Source: Mycobacterium leprae TN (GTDB lineage Bacteria > Actinomycetota > Actinomycetes > Mycobacteriales > Mycobacteriaceae). From it: a stretch of 32,000 nucleotides of DNA. Location: positions 2,670,001 to 2,702,000 of the forward strand of contig NC_002677.1 in NCBI RefSeq assembly GCF_000195855.1, written 5' to 3'. This document shows positions 31,267 through 32,000 of this stretch, piece by piece. The notes below the pieces were generated by a model that was given only the letters and a program-made list of their open reading frames with translations, did not search any database and was not told the DNA's origin. Numbering within the stretch: the stretch's first letter is position 1; each line of letters starts with the position of its first letter. Made by a program: the position numbers and the translations under genes.

Positions 31267-32000
31267 ATGACCTGGCATCCCCAAGCAAACAGGTTGAAGA
31301 CCTTCGTCCTGTTGGTCGGTATGTCCACATTGATCGTGGTTGTCGGCGCGATATTTGGCAGGACGGCGCTTTTCTTTGCGACCCTGGTTGCTGTAGGAAT
31401 CAACGTCTACACGTACTACAACAGTGACAAGCTCGCGTTACGGGCGATGCATGCGCAACCGGTTTCGGAGGTGCAAGCACCGGTGATGTACCGGATCGTG
31501 CGCGAGCTGGCTACCGGAGCGCACCAGCCGATGCCGCGGCTCTATATAAGTGATACAAACGCGCCCAACGCTTTCGCCACTGGCCGTAATCCACGCAATG
31601 CCGCGGTGTGTTGCACTACCGGCATATTGGAGATCCTCAACGAGCGCGAGCTGCGTGCCGTGCTGGGGCACGAACTCTCTCACGTGTACAACCGTGACAT
31701 TCTGATCTCCTGTGTGGCCGGTGCGCTGGCAGGCGTGATTACCGCGCTGGCCAACATGGCCATGTGGGCTGGCACGTTTGGCACCACCCGGGACGAAGAG
31801 AATCCTTTTGCACTGCTGCTGGTTTCGTTACTGGGCCCGATCGCCGCGACGGTGGTGCGACTAGCGGTATCGCGATCGCGGGAGTATCAGGCCGACGAAT
31901 CGGGCGCTATGCTCACCGGCGACCCTCTGGCCCTGGCGTCGGCGTTACGCAAGATTTCCAGCGGCGTACAGGCAGCGCCGTTGCCCCCGGAACCGCAGCT
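31267..32000 (+). CDS. htpX: M48 family zinc metalloprotease HtpX (3' truncated by window end)
   Basis: [31 protein letters not shown]...[74 protein letters not shown], with an HEXXH motif. The frame is open to the window end. Confidence 0.95.
   Translation, partial: MTWHPQANRLKTFVLLVGMSTLIVVVGAIFGRTALFFATLVAVGINVYTYYNSDKLALRAMHAQPVSEVQAPVMYRIVRELATGAHQPMPRLYISDTNAPNAFATGRNPRNAAVCCTTGILEILNERELRAVLGHELSHVYNRDILISCVAGALAGVITALANMAMWAGTFGTTRDEENPFALLLVSLLGPIAATVVRLAVSRSREYQADESGAMLTGDPLALASALRKISSGVQAAPLPPEPQ

Noticed and set aside
1-32000. Search for a novel defence, toxin-antitoxin, secretion or biosynthetic system
   Set aside because: All well-supported genes belong to known mycobacterial families and the remaining space looks like pseudogene decay. 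I saw no coherent novel operon.

Overview
The window looks like Mycobacterium leprae chromosome: intact, compact mycobacterial genes separated by long stretches of decayed pseudogene DNA. The strongest identification is an RLEP repeat at about 9.5-10.25 kb. It contains exact matches, as recalled, to the standard RLEP diagnostic primers: the LP1/LP2 pair spans exactly 129 bp (9722-9850) and a 70 bp qPCR amplicon lies at 9598-9667. Left of RLEP are genes resembling the M. tuberculosis Rv3484-Rv3491 neighbourhood: cpsA-like LCP protein, decayed SDR and other oxidoreductases, a DivIVA-domain remnant, a 54-aa Rv3489-like protein, otsA and an Rv3491-like remnant. Right of it are genes in the order of Rv0542c-Rv0563: menE, Rv0543c-like, Rv0544c-like, pitA, glyoxalase-like, SDR pseudogene, menB, fadD8 pseudogene, amidohydrolase pseudogene, menC, bpoC-like, menD, Rv0556-like, mgtA pseudogene, menG/ubiE-like, Rv0559c-like, menJ-like reductase, polyprenyl diphosphate synthase and htpX (truncated by the window end). 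RLEP therefore sits at an apparent synteny junction. I found no convincing new defence system, CRISPR array or RNA system. The items most worth a second look are the RLEP/synteny junction and its strand-compositional asymmetry, a small ORF abutting otsA that the ORF track missed, a coiled-coil DivIVA remnant, selective retention of the menaquinone genes, and a few unassigned intervals.
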